Counted from the first letter of the stretch, positions 44,801 to 58,474 are shown. The stretch: DNA of 64,000 bases from Cyanophora paradoxa CCMP329 (GCA_004431415.1 QPMI01000273.1:13965-77964); one strand, 5' to 3'. Notes: generated from the letters alone by a model not told the origin. Made by a program: numbers and translations.

Positions 44801-47794
44801 GCAAATCTTCGCTTACAAAAGTGCGTGTTATCCTTGCATTTGGGTTTGATTGTATGATCTATAGATGTTTCAAGATCTAACACTTCCGTGCTGCATCGTT
44901 GCACGCGTACGGCAGTGCCGTTCAAGCAAGTCCTCGGGCTGGCGAGGCGCGAGCTGCTGCAGTCCACCCCCGGATCCACCGCGAGCGTCAGCACGACGAA
45001 CTCCATCCGCCCCGCAACGGAAGGCTACGCACAGGACAGCACGTGCGAAACAATGGACGATAAACGGTACGCGCGAAGGGCTCCGAGCACGATTGTATTT
45101 AGTACCATCTATATATACACACGTGTTTATTCACCTGCTCGCAATCGTTTACCCGCGGTCGTTCGAGCAGGAAAGGAATGGATGGGAATCAAATTCGTGT
45201 CTGCGTTGTTCGGTACATTATATATTTCATCGATATCCGAACTATAGCTACGAATTTGAAGCTCGGGCTCGTCACAAGATATTAAACGTTGCTGCTGATG
45301 CATGCTCGTGTGCGCAGGGAAGCCCCTTCCCGCAGGGCGCTGCTTGCGACCGGGGGGACAATCGTGTCGGTGGACAGCACTTACATCTTCGCCGACAAGA
45401 ACAAGCAGGTGGACTCGACGGGCGCCGTCACAGTTAGCATGCCGGTCAGCTGTGTTTAATTTGTTCGTGCGATCGCGACCGTGCCCGCAAGAGCTGCTGT
45501 TCGTGACGTTGCCTCCGTACGCGCGCGCCAGGCCTCGATGCCGGACGTCAACTACGGGGCGGCCGCTGCCGGCGGGTCGAGCACGCGGCGCGGGCGCCTG
45601 CTCCTGCAGCTGGCCGCCCAGGGCGTGCCCCTGTTCCCCATGAACGCCGGCCTCGGCGTGGCGCTGCAGGTGCGCACGCGCACGCCGTTCAACCGCGCAC
45701 GCCCGCCGCGTCCCGCGGCCGCCGCGTACCGCCCGCGCGGGAGATCGTTTCTTGACTATACGCGGTGCGATTCCGCATGTACAACCATGCCAGGACACGA
45801 AGACAGGCGCGACGATGGTTCTTAACAATGTGCGTTTGTTTTCAATTTTGCATCGGAATTCGAAGCTTATATTAATAATTTATATAAGCACTATCTAGTA
45901 CAAATAGTAGCATATATTTATAATACGCATGTTCTGATTCGAATGTACGTGCTTACCGGAATCGGCAGGCGGTGTCCTTCCCCGCGCCCGACCCCGCGAT
46001 GAGCACACCCGGATCGCCGCAAGTGCAGTCTGTGACCTTCAGATCCGTGCTGGTTCGAATTCGTGTTTTTATTTCCGCAAGCGCTCTCAAGGCGACCTTA
46101 TCTGAAGATTTGAGTGCCTTGCAGCTTCGTTTCACGAGCTCCGATAGTCAAGCGGTTGATCTAAAAACTCTGAAGGTGCATCCTGGCTCGCTGGAATTTT
46201 GACTGAAGCGCTCGTGTTAATCTATCCTGCTGACACTCTCGCTCGCTCAAAGGCACTACCGGTTCAAAAGGCACGCGTAATTATGTTGCTCAAAATCAAA
46301 ACCTTGAATTCAATGACGGCGATTAATTATAAATTTAAAATGCTTAAGCCTTAGAGATAGTTTGTCACAACGCGATTCATGCTCATCGTCTCCGCGCACA
46401 GTGTGGCGTGTACTCGACGTCAAACGACAAGGAAGGTGGGCTGTTGATCATGATGTTGCATGCAGCCAGCTGCAGCTGCGGCTGCGGCCGCGGGGCCATT
46501 TGTGAACGGCACTTTGCGCGCGCGCGCAGTCGCTGCGGTCCTCAACCCGCAGCCCCTCACGCAGCTCGAAGTGTTACTCGACAAGCTCGCTTCAAGCACG
46601 TTCTTCGAATACTACACAAAGGTCTCTCCTGTGTTTCGACCGCTAGCGCTGATAATCAGCGCGCAAGTGATCGCAATGTTCGTGCATGATCATCGATGCA
46701 GTGCGAGAACAAGTACGGCTCCTCGTCCACGTCTGCCCCAACAGGCGTCACCACGCGAGGTTCTTCGCTTGCGTCGGCACGGGCGCTCACTTGGAGTTTA
46801 TTTATATGCGTGCTGCAGCGTTGACAGCGGCGCCTGCACTGGACAAAATCGCAAACTTCACTGCCGACGGAACTTTCCGCATGGTGGCTCCATGGCGTAT
46901 CCGCTCTGCCGATCGCCAAGTCAACGTGCGCCAATAACGACATTGACACGATTATATCATAATCGGGAATTACAATTGGCCGCGTTGCCGGCGTTAATAT
47001 TGTCCAGAAATCTTATGATACTTCTTTTCTCAGGCTACGATTCGGATCAACGGAACGTATGCGGAAGTCCCGCAGGTCAGTCTAGATCTACAGTTGCAAC
47101 GCTCAGTCGCTGAGTATACGTGCAAGGACCGGCTGTAGTCAAATGCTGAATGCAATCGTGGTCGTGGTCGCCGGCCTTTGAACCGCGCGCGCAGGTGGAT
47201 CTCGGGTTCTTCAACGGGGACGGCACCCCGAAAGCCGGCTCGTTCGCGTACCCCCTCGCGGTCGTCGTGGACCCCGCCCCCTCCGTGAACGAGACGGAAG
47301 GCACTTCGGTTGTCGGCTCTGAAATCATCATATGTGCGAACAGTTTCTTGCTTGGAGTTTCTTGCACATCGATTAGTATTCTGGGATCGCACCTCATGAT
47401 CGCGCGATGGCGCAGACGTCCCTCTGGACCCGCCGGCGTCCCCCTCCCAGCGTCGCAACCGTCAGATTCTCTCCCCGAGCTCCACTTTCGACCTCCGGTT
47501 CCGGACGTCGGACGGCGGATACGTGCTTAGCAACGTGCGCCACCGACGCCCCCAATCCCTCCCCTCTTTGCACCGTGACTAGAAATCGACACTGTCGGTT
47601 TGAACCCGGCAGGCCGTGTCGTACAGTCAAGACCTGCGGGGAGTTGTCGTGCCGAGCCTCACGTCCGCCGCCTCCCCGGCAGTGGCGCGCGCTCCAAGCT
47701 GGGCCTCCTGCCTGGCCTCCAGCTGCTCAATGCTGCTGGCGCTGGCTGCATCTGTACTGCTGGCCTATTAGTGCAAGTACACGTAGCGGCATGA
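38883..47794 (+). CDS. Large secreted or cell-surface protein with FN3-like repeats, a P/S/T linker and a Cys-rich C-terminus, many introns; boundaries and single-gene status uncertain
   Basis: Signal-like LATALVVAVCVVAAVDA-A; PSATPSPSATPSLTPTPSPT linker (about 41194-41300); FN3-like YTDYSFYAVCSNAYG and TYRFRMDCSNDFG; RRELLQ; Cys-rich block then a hydrophobic tail. Confidence 0.5.
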
Positions 47795-47922
47795 TCTCGA
47801 TCTTGTGATCGTGCATTCTGTGATTTCGTGTTTCGGATTAATAAACTTAATAAACTCGAACAGCATGCTTTGCTCCAAATTAAACACCATGCATATGGCA
47901 CCCAGTCGTCATGCATACAGCC

Positions 47923-50900
47923 GCGTGCCTTACAGGCCTAGGCCTATATATATAGCTAGAACATGCACTGAAGCAGCAGCCAGGTCCGCCGGGGGCGCCG
48001 ACTTCGAATTCTTCGGCCTCGTCGCCAATCACTCTGAATTGCAAGTGCGCCGCCGATGCATATGGCGCGCCGGCCTCCGCCGCCCCCGCAGGCGCGGCGG
48101 CTGCGAATGCCGGCATCGGGTTTAAATTTTGTGAAATCGTTACATCCGCGAGTTCGAGGAATTCGAAGGTGCTCGCCGCACCGCCCGTACGCGTCGGCCC
48201 TCGCGATCGATGTACGCGTTGCAGAAAATTACAACTTTCATGATCAGAAATTCACGAAATTGATTTCCGCCTGCGCAGGTCATGCCCCCGGCCCGCTGCC
48301 ACCCGCGCCGCGGGCGTAGGCGTCAGCTTCTGGTGGCCGCGGGCGCGCGCGCGCGCCGCCCGCGTCAGCGCCCGCTCCTCCATCGTCGAAGACCAACCGT
48401 GCACCAACGATGGCTGCGAGTGCGCCGTGCAGAGCGCGCGCCAGCTGCAGCAGGAGCAAGCTGGCTCCCAGCAGTGTGTGCCCGGCCGCTTTCAATGGAA
48501 GATGCACTTGGTGTCCGGCCAACGCACCGAGGAACGCGAGCGGCTACTGCGTGCCGATCCTCTACATGTACAACCACAACAAGGCGATCGGTGTCGGCAG
48601 AACACAGCAGAGCTTCTGCGAGCCCCCGCCGCCAACGCCTCGGGCATCTGCGTGTACCCCGCAAGCGCCGACGGGCGGCGGCGACCGCGCGCTGCGCCTG
48701 AGACGTCGACGCGTACGCCCCTGCCTCCAACGTCTCCGACGTCTGCGTGTACCCCACCCCGAGCCCGCCCCCGGCCCTCGCCTTTGCCGAGCGCCAGCCC
48801 CTCGCCCTCGGCCACGTGCACCCCCTCCGGATCCCTCCCCCCCACTCCCTCCCTCCCCTCCCCCGTGGCCCCTCCCCCGTCCCCACCCCTCCCCCCCACC
48901 CATGGCCACCTCCGCGATATCGATCCCCCTGCTCCTCCGATCCCCCGCGGTCAAGGCCCCGTCGTTCGTGCGCCCGCCCCTCCGACCCCCGCGCCCCTCC
49001 CGAACGCGCCGACCGCGAGCTGCGCCGACCGCGCGGGCGACGGCAGAGCATCACGCGGGTCGCCGTGGCGGGGGCGGGGGCGTCGACGCCAGGGTCGCCT
49101 TCGACGCGAGCAACCGCGCCGTCTTCACCGCCCCGTCCTCCAGACGCCCCAGGCCCGCCCCGCCCCGCCCCCGCCCCCGCCTCCCCCCGCGGCCCGGACG
49201 CCCCCGTTCCCCCGGCCGACGGGGCGGGGCGCGCCGGCGCAGGGGGCGGCGTACGCGGCGGGGTGGGGTACGACCTCGAGCTCGAGGTCCGCAGCGCGGG
49301 CGGCGCCTTCGACGCCTTCACACTCGTCGGCGCCTTCGCCTGGCGCCCCGCCGCCGCCCCGCCGCCGGTTCCGTCCCCGCCGTGTCCGCCCGCCTTCTCT
49401 GCCGCCATATATACTGACGCGCGGCGCAGGCCGTACGTGAGCGGGGCGCCGGCGCCGGCGGCGTCACGGCGTGCCCGGCGCCGCCCTTCGCCGGCCCCCT
49501 CGCCGCCGCCCTCGCGATCGCGACTCGGCGATCGCCGCTGCCCTCGGGGCCCGCGGCCGCCTCGAGTTTCGATGCGAGGCAACGGCATTTTGTTTTTGAA
49601 GTCGACTTTATATCTAGTTGTTTGGTAGGAAGGCGACGTTCAATTTGGCAGAAAAAGGCATTTTGTTTTTGCAGAAGTGGACGTCGACGCTACTTTAATT
49701 CCCTGCCAGCCGTAGCCAGCCCCTCAAGCCCAGCCCGTGATAAACTCCGGATCCGGTCCTCGCATCGATATCGATATCCCTCACGAGCCCCCCGTTTCCG
49801 GCGTGCCTTACAGGCCTAGGCCTATATATATAGCTAGAACATGCACTGAAGCAGCAGCCAGGTCCGCCGGGGGCGCCGACTTCGAATTCTTCGGCCTCGT
49901 CGCCAATCACTCTGAATTGCAAGTGCGCCGCCGATGCATATGGCGCGCCGGCCTCCGCCGCCCCCGCAGGCGCGGCGGCTGCGAATGCCGGCATCGGGTT
50001 TAAATTTTGTGAAATCGTTACATCCGCGAGTTCGAGGAATTCGAAGGTGCTCGCCGCACCGCCCGTACGCGTCGGCCCTCGCGATCGATGTACGCGTTGC
50101 AGAAAATTACAACTTTCATGATCAGAAATTCACGAAATTGATTTCCGCCTGCGCAGGTCATGCCCCGGCCCGCTGCCACCCGCGCCGCGGGCGTAGGCGT
50201 CAGCTTCTGGTGGCCGCGGGCGCGCGCGCGCGCCGCCCGCGTCAGCGCCCGCTCCTCCATCGTCGAAGACCAACCGTGCACCAACGATGGCTGCGAGTGC
50301 GCCGTGCAGAGCGCGCGCCAGCTGCAGCAGGAGCAAGCTGGCTCCCAGCAGTGTGTGCCCGGCCGCTTTCAATGGAAGATGCACTTGGTGTCCGGCCAAC
50401 GCACCGAGGAACGCGAGCGGCTACTGCGTGCCGATCCTCTACATGTACAACCACAACAAGGCGATCGGTGTCGGCAGAACACAGCAGAGCTTCTGCGAGC
50501 CCCCCGCCGCCAACGCCTCGGGCATCTGCGTGTACCCCGCAAGCGCCGACGGGGCGGCGGCGACCGCGCGCTGCGCCTGAGACGTCGACGCGTACGCCCC
50601 TGCCTCCAACGTCTCCGACGTCTGCGTGTACCCCACCCCGAGCCCGCCCCCGGCCCCTCGCCTTTGCCGAGCGCCAGCCCCTCGCCCTCGGCCACGTGCA
50701 CCCCCTCCGGATCCCTCCCCCCCACTCCCTCCCTCCCCTCCCCCGTGGCCCCTCCCCCCGTCCCCCACCCCCTCCCCCCCACCCATGGCCACCTCCGCGA
50801 TATCGATCCCCCCTGCTCCTCCGATCCCCCGCGGTCAAGGCCCCGTCGTTCGTGCGCCCGCCCCTCCCGACCCCCCGCGCCCCTCCCGAACGCGCCGACC

Positions 50901-51686
50901 GCGAGCTGCGCCGACCGCGCGGGCGACGGCAGAGCATCACGCGGGTCGCCGTGGCGGGGGCGGGGGCGTCGACGCCAGGGTCGCCTTCGACGCGAGCAAC
51001 CGCGCCGTCTTCACCGCCCCCGTCCTCCAGACGCCCCAGGCCCGCCCCGCCCCGCCCCCGCCCCCGCCTCCCCCCGCGGCCCGGACGCCCCCGTTCCCCC
51101 GGCCGACGGGGCGGGGCGCGCCGGCGCAGGGGCGGCGTACGCGGCGGGGGTGGGGTACGACCTCGAGCTCGAGGTCCGCAGCGCGGGCGGCGCCTTCGAC
51201 GCCTTCACACTCGTCGGCGCCTTCGCCTGGCGCCCGCCGCCGCCCCCGCCGCCGGTTCCGTCCCGCCGTGTCCGCCCGCCTTCTCTGCCGCCATATATAC
51301 TGACGCGCGGCGCAGGCCGTACGTGAGCGGGGCGCCGGCGCCGGCGGCGTCACGGCGTGCCCGGCGCCGCCCTTCGCCGGCCCCCTCGCCGCCGCCCTCG
51401 CGATCGCGACTCGGCGATCGCCGCTGCCCTCGGGGCCCGCGGCCGCCTCGAGTTTCGATGCGAGGCAACGGCATTTTGTTTTTGAAGTCGACTTTATATC
51501 TAGTTGTTTGGTAGGAAGGCGACGTTCAATTTGGCAGAAAAAGGCATTTTGTTTTTGCAGAAGTGGACGTCGACGCTACTTTAATTCCCTGCCAGCCGTA
51601 GCCAGCCCCTCAAGCCCAGCCCGTGATAAACTCCGGATCCGGTCCTCGCATCGATATCGATATCCCTCACGAGCCCCCCGTTTCCG
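47923..51686 (+). repeat. Tandem duplication of about 1.88 kb (47923-49800 and 49801-51686) carrying exons of a Cys-rich, IPT/TIG-like protein
   Basis: Copies differ mostly by homopolymer indels; exon translations include SITRVAVAG...AVFTAP...YDLELEV...GAFAW. Confidence 0.85.
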
Positions 51687-52086
51687 ATAAGACAAGTACT
51701 GTGCTCTAAATCTGCGCTCCGCTCGCGATCGGTCTGACGGTCTATCTGTCTTGCAGAAATTAATATCTCAGGAGCTGGAGTCTATAGCTAGTTTCAGGAA
51801 GCGACGTGCCCCGCGGCCGGGGCCTCCGAGGTTCGCCGAGTCGCCGCCGACTCGCCGGGCGTTGCAATTACCAATCGCAACTTCCCGGAGTCCGCGATCG
51901 GATCGATATCGCGAAGCCGCTGATACAATCATGATCAATCATGAGTCAGTGTCGAGTCACTGTCGACTCAGCGATGGCGCTCCGGCTGCAGCTGCTGCTC
52001 CGTATACGTGTCGTTAGTGATTCGTCACTGTCCGCAACTATCATAGTATATACGTATACTATGATACAGCAATCGTTATCGAGCTT

Positions 52087-53967
52087 TTCCTGCTCTCGCT
52101 GCCCCTCTCGACGCTCCTTTCCCCCCATTCCCTGCGGTCCCGATCCCTGTGCTCCTTGGCCCTCTGGCCCCGCCTCTGCCTCCTCCCTCCTTACAACTTG
52201 CTGTCACGGGGCCTCTTCACTTGCCTGTTCCCCGGCAGGTCCCTGGTCATCTTGCAGCTCCATACCCCTTCTTACCTCTTCCCCTTGCTCCTCCACTTCC
52301 GCCCCTGCGAGGCCCTCTTTCTGACGTCCTCCTGGTTCAGCCCCCTCTTCAGCCCATCCTTCTTGCCCCCGCTTCTGCAACTGTGACGCTGGGCGGCACT
52401 ATCTTTTTGCATGCCCCTCCCGCCTCTACGTCCCCGGTCTCTTTGCGTCTGCATCCACTTTCCCGGATCCGCTTGCAGGCCCCCTCGCCTCCAGAGCTCG
52501 CCATCACTTCGGCCTCCCTCGCCTCCGCTCTCGATTCTCCATACCCTTCGAATAGCCGCCTCCTCTCTCCTCCTCCGCCCTCCCTCCCCCCCTCGAGCTC
52601 CGGGTCCTCGGCCTCTGCCCCGCTTCCGAGTGTTGGCGAGACTGTCCTCTTTTCGATCTCCCCGTCATTCCGGCTCCCTGCTCCCCCTTCGGCGCCTCGG
52701 GTCCCATCTGCGGGTCCTATCCCGCTTCCTGGCGCTCGTGAGATTCGCCGCCGGCGCCCTCGTCGGGCCCTTGCGCCCTCGAGCTCGTCTCTCTCTGCAC
52801 CGCCCATGGCCATGACCTCCGTGTCATCTGCTCCGGCGCCACCCGACCTTTCTCCTGCTTTGCTGCCCTCTCTTCGGCGCCGGCAGCGATCCCCGTCACC
52901 TGCTCGTGGCCCTTCCCCTGCCTCCGACCCTTCCTCGGCCCCTCCTCGCCTCTTCCGTCTCGTCGGCCCCCGCCGCATTCCCGTCGGCGGATCTCTCGAT
53001 CGACCCTGGACTCTCCGCCTGCCACTGTCTGCGGGGTACCTCCGCCGCCGTGTTCGGCGCCGGCTGTCAGTACTTTGCTCGGTAGCTCCCCCGTCGTGGC
53101 TCCTCGGGGCCTCTTCGTCGTCGTCGTTCGCTGGGTTCCGGCTCCGGGTCAGATTTCTCGCCGGGCTTACCTTCTCCTGGCTCTGCTCCTGGGCCCTCAG
53201 CTCCGGGACCGGCTTCCCCGATCTCCTTCCGGACTCGTGGTCGTACCCGTCGCCGGCTTGCCGAGCCTGCGGCTCCTTCTACTTCCCCCGGCGGTTTGCC
53301 GGGCCGGACCCTCCGGCCTTTGTTCTTGATACCGGACTACCGCCTTTGTCCTTGTCTTCTGCTTCGCTGGTCGCGATCGTATCCCGCCGGCGCCGGCGTA
53401 CTTCTTCGTCTTCTAGTTTAGTTCGGTCTGGTTCGGATTCTGATCGTAGTGTTGATGCTAGAGTTAGTTTCAATACTAGCTATAGTCCTCGTGCTCGACC
53501 TGTTGTTCGCCGTCGTTTGCAGTTCGATTGCCCGCCTCGACCCCGGCCGGCTTTAGTGATTCCTTTGACTGTTCTTTTGCCTGCTCTTGATCCGCCTGCT
53601 CCGCCTCCTGTGTCCTCCTCGACCTCGTGCCGTAGCTCTGCCCTTTCGCATCGTCCTGCTTCGCCTCCGCCTCCATGTCGTCTTGTTGTTCCTCTTACTT
53701 GTCTTCTTCCTGTTATTTATCTTTCTCAATTTTGTCCCCCGCTTCTTAGTGATGTAATTCCTTCTGATATTGATGGTATCTCTAGCTCTGGCTCTTCTTC
53801 GTGTCAGTTATCCTCTAGCTCTGGCTCTTCTTCGTGTCAGTTATCCTCTGTCCCTAGATCTGCTCGATTTATCGTCTCTTCTCGCAATCGATCTGTCTCG
53901 AGCTCTGTGTCTTTCCTTTTTATTGTCGATTTTGGCTCTTTGTCTTATCTTTCTTCGTGCTCTTGTC
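52087..53967 (+). mobile_element. Partial copy of the LINE 3' region (matches 56503-58376), no poly(A)
   Basis: Near-identical to the downstream copy. Confidence 0.9.
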
Positions 53968-53971
53968 CCCC

Positions 53972-54700
53972 CCGGCGGCGTCACGGCGTGCCCGGCGCCG
54001 CCCTTCGCCGGCCCCCTCGCCGCCGCCCTCGCGATCGCGACTCGGCGATCGCCGCTGCCCTCGGGGCCCGCGGCCGCCTCGAGTTTCGATGCGAGGCAAC
54101 GGCATTTTGTTTTTGAAGTCGACTTTATATCTAGTTGTTTGGTAGGAAGGCGACGTTCAATTTGGCAGAAAAAGGCATTTTGTTTTTGCAGAAGTGGACG
54201 TCGACGCTACTTTAATTCCCTGCCAGCCGTAGCCAGCCCCTCAAGCCCAGCCCGTGATAAACTCCGGATCCGGTCCTCGCATCGATATCGATATCCCTCA
54301 CGAGCCCCCCGTTTCCGATAAGACAAGTACTGTGCTCTAAATCTGCGCTCCGCTCGCGATCGGTCTGACGGTCTATCTGTCTTGCAGAAATTAATATCTC
54401 AGGAGCTGGAGTCTATAGCTAGTTTCAGGAAGCGACGTGCCCCGCGGCCGGGGCCTCCGAGGTTCGCCGAGTCGCCGCCGACTCGCCGGGCGTTGCAATT
54501 ACCAATCGCAACTTCCCGGAGTCCGCGATCGGATCGATATCGCGAAGCCGCTGATACAATCATGATCAATCATGAGTCAGTGTCGAGTCACTGTCGACTC
54601 AGCGATGGCGCTCCGGCTGCAGCTGCTGCTCCGTATACGTGTCGTTAGTGATTCGTCACTGTCCGCAACTATCATAGTATATACGTATACTATGATACAG
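53972..54700 (+). repeat. 729-bp duplicate of 51341-52069
   Basis: Apparently identical sequence ending TACTATGATACAG in both copies. Confidence 0.95.
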
Positions 54701-54729
54701 ATATATACTAGGATATTCGAGCTTTTTCG

Positions 54730-57700
54730 TTATCGCTGAAAATGAAGTGGGTGGCCTTGCTCGCTGACCCCTCTTGTTCAGCTCCTTGGAAGGAGTACCT
54801 CTTGAGCAAACTGGACGCTCAGCTGGCACCTTTTTCCTATGGCCCCGCCCTTGTCTCGCTCCGCCTCCCACTTGACAGACTTGACTTGCCTCCTATTTGG
54901 AAGCGGACTCTCTCCGAGTGGGCTCAGCGCCAGGGCGTGTGTCAACCTCGTAACTCTCCCGAAGTGTTATCCCAACCTCTTTTCTTCAATCCTCTGTTCA
55001 GTACTCCCGGCGACGAGGTCGACTGGAGTCGCTGTGCACGGTCCGGCTTGCTGCGGGTCTGCGATATCTGGGATTGTGCTGCCCGGGGTTCCGGGCTCCA
55101 GCAGCTGCCTCCTCCGCCTCCACTCCTTTTTCCCTAGTCTGTGTTCTGCGCTCCCGGCTACTTGGCGCCAGGTTCTCGAGGCCCCTGCATCGCCGCCTCA
55201 GCATCTCTGGTGGTCCGGACCGGACGCCTCGTTTGCTCTCCTTCGAGGCCCAAGTGGTACTTTTGTTGCCTTCCCTGTTCGCGATAACCAGATAATTCCA
55301 CGGGTGCTGGACTACATACCGCGCGTTCCTTGCCGCCCTGCGGCTTCCCACCCTGTGGGCCTATCCTCGAGCTCCAATTCAATTCTGTCCCGTTTGCTCC
55401 CGCTGCATGTTTGCTTCAGCGCTGTCTTCCTCTCTCTTCGTCGCGGGACCCTGCCTGGCCTTTTTGTTCTTGGCGCAGGCCCTTCGGCCTTTCTTTCTCT
55501 TGATAATCTTGCGTTCACTTTCGCTCGTATGCTCCCTCTCCGCCTCTCCTCTGTTCGTCGCTTCTACTGCCTTGAGGTCCAGCGGCTTCGCGATGTGTCT
55601 AGCCACGCTCAGATGCCCGATGCTAAGTGGGGGTTTCCCGGCGCCTTGTCTCCGTCCCGTCTTCCTAATCTTGTCGTCCTTCAGTGTTTCCCGATGCTTT
55701 GGATCGATGCTCTTTACCGTTTGCATTTCAAATTGTATCGTTTGGGCGAGCAACAGTCGCCCCGCCGTCGTTTCTGTCGGGTTTGTAATGACGGATCTGC
55801 TCGCTCTCACGCGCACGTTTTCTCTGAGTGCCCGCTTTCTCGTTCGTTCTGGGATTTCATTCGTGAGCGCCTGAATTTCTGGGCTTCTACTCTTCCACCG
55901 GATGAGCGTGAAGAGGTCGCAGTGCCTGAGCTCTCTCTCTTCCACATCCTCTCGGTTCCGGATTTATCTGGGCCCATTTTGCGCAGTAAAGTTAACCCCG
56001 CCTTCTGCCTTCGCTCACTTGGAGCGATCCTTGCTGGCGTATTTTCCATCCAACAGGTTGCTCGCGCTCGGTGCGATCTTGAGGAGGCTGACATTGATGC
56101 GCCTTCTTACAACCGCGCCGCGCTTGTTGCCGCCTGGGACAGAAATATGTCGTACCTCGAGTTCACCCTTTCGCAGGCTTCGGCCTTGTTGGAGGAGCGG
56201 CGCGCTCGCTTGGCTGCTGCTGACGCTGATGATCAGGCTGCCTCGGATGATGACGCACATGATTCAGAGTCTGGTACCGGTTCTCATCGTTCTAGTTCAA
56301 GCTCTGATTCTGACTCGTCCGGCGCTCCTTCTTCGGGCGGTGCTGACAACCTCGTCTCTTCGCGTGACATCGATTCTGTCCTCCGGAATCCTGCGGAGTT
56401 TGCCGTTCGTGGGAATGTCCCGTTGGGGATCCCTGGTGGTCGCCCGCCTCCTGCGCCGTCCCTCCTGCTCTGGCCCCTGTAGTGACCCTTGGCCCATTCC
56501 TATTCCTGCTCTCGCTGCCCCTCTCGACGCTCCTTTCCCCCATTCCCTGCGGTCCCGATCCCTGTGCTCCTTGGCCCTCTGGCCCCGCCTCTGCCTCCTC
56601 CCTCCTTACAACTTGCTGTCACGGGGCCTCTTCACTTGCCTGTTCCCGGCAGGTCCCTGGTCATCTTGCAGCTCCATACCCCTTCTTACCTCTTCCCCTT
56701 GCTCCTCCACTTCCGCCCCTGCGAGGCCCTCTTTCTGACGTCCTCCTGGTTCAGCCCCCTCTTCAGCCCATCCTTCTTGCCCCCGCTTCTGCAACTGTGA
56801 CGCTGGGCGGCACTATCTTTTTGCATGCCCCTCCCGCCTCTACGTCCCCGGTCTCTTTGCGTCTGCATCCACTTTCCCGGATCCGCTTGCAGGCCCCTCG
56901 CCTCCAGAGCTCGCCATCACTTCGGCCTCCCTCGCCTCCGCTCTCGATTCTCCATACCCTTCGAATAGCCGCCTCCTCTCTCCTCCTCCGCCCTCCCTCC
57001 CCCCTCGAGCTCCGGGTCCTCGGCCTCTGCCCCGCTTCCGAGTGTTGGCGAGACTGTCCTCTTTTCGATCTCCCCGTCATTCCGGCTCCCTGCTCCCCCT
57101 TCGGCGCCTCGGGTCCCATCTGCGGGTCCTATCCCGCTTCCTGGCGCTCGTGAGATTCGCCGCCGGCGCCCTCGTCGGGCCCTTGCGCCCTCGAGCTCGT
57201 CTCTCTCTGCACCGCCCATGGCCATGACCTCCGTGTCATCTGCTCCGGCGCCACCCGACCTTTCTCCTGCTTTGCTGCCCTCTCTTCGGCGCCGGCAGCG
57301 ATCCCCGTCACCTGCTCGTGGCCCTTCCCCTGCCTCCGACCCTTCCTCGGCCCCTCCTCGCCTCTTCCGTCTCGTCGGCCCCCGCCGCATTCCGTCGGCG
57401 GATCTCTCGATCGACCCTGGACTCTCCGCCTGCCACTGTCTGCGGGGTACCTCCGCCGCCGTGTTCGGCGCCGGCTGTCAGTACTTTGCTCGGTAGCTCC
57501 CCCGTCGTGGCTCCTCGGGGCCTCTTCGTCGTCGTCGTTCGCTGGGTTCCGGCTCCGGGTCAGATTTCTCGCCGGGCTTACCTTCTCCTGGCTCTGCTCC
57601 TGGGCCCTCAGCTCCGGGACCGGCTTCCCCGATCTCCTTCCGGACTCGTGGTCGTACCCGTCGCCGGCTTGCCGAGCCTGCGGCTCCTTCTACTTCCCCC

Positions 57701-58474
57701 GGCGGTTTGCCGGGCCGGACCCTCCGGCCTTTGTTCTTGATACCGGACTACCGCCTTTGTCCTTGTCTTCTGCTTCGCTGGTCGCGATCGTATCCGCCGG
57801 CGCCGGCGTACTTCTTCGTCTTCTAGTTTAGTTCGGTCTGGTTCGGATTCTGATCGTAGTGTTGATGCTAGAGTTAGTTTCAATACTAGCTATAGTCCTC
57901 GTGCTCGACCTGTTGTTCGCCGTCGTTTGCAGTTCGATTGCCCGCCTCGACCCGGCCGGCTTTAGTGATTCCTTTGACTGTTCTTTTGCCTGCTCTTGAT
58001 CCGCCTGCTCCGCCTCCTGTGTCCTCCTCGACCTCGTGCCGTAGCTCTGCCCTTTCGCATCGTCCTGCTTCGCCTCCGCCTCCATGTCGTCTTGTTGTTC
58101 CTCTTACTTGTCTTCTTCCTGTTATTTATCTTTCTCAATTTTGTCCCCGCTTCTTAGTGATGTAATTCCTTCTGATATTGATGGTATCTCTAGCTCTGGC
58201 TCTTCTTCGTGTCAGTTATCCTCTAGCTCTGGCTCTTCTTCGTGTCAGTTATCCTCTGTCCCTAGATCTGCTCGATTTATCGTCTCTTCTCGCAATCGAT
58301 CTGTCTCGAGCTCTGTGTCTTTCCTTTTTTATTGTCGATTTTGGCTCTTTGTCTTATCTTTCTTCGTGCTCTTGTCTTAGTTATTTTGCTATTTTGTCTC
58401 TATGCCCCCTGGGCAGCCCCCGCAGTGCTGGTGTCTAGAGACTGTGGCCGGTAATTCACCAAAAAAAAAAAAAA
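54730..58474 (+). mobile_element. 5'-truncated L1/Tx1-like LINE: post-RT ORF2 (to 56482, one frameshift near 55100), about 2-kb CT-rich 3' region, poly(A)14
   Basis: KWVALL, LPPIWKRTLSEW, QPLFFNP, GLLRVCDIWD; zf-RVT CRVC...HVFSECP...FW; A14 at 58461-58474. Confidence 0.85.

Noticed and set aside
52149-54116. 655-aa ORF
   Set aside because: Low-complexity, A-poor LINE 3' region that lacks stops by composition; it runs across a rearrangement junction and is broken in the second copy
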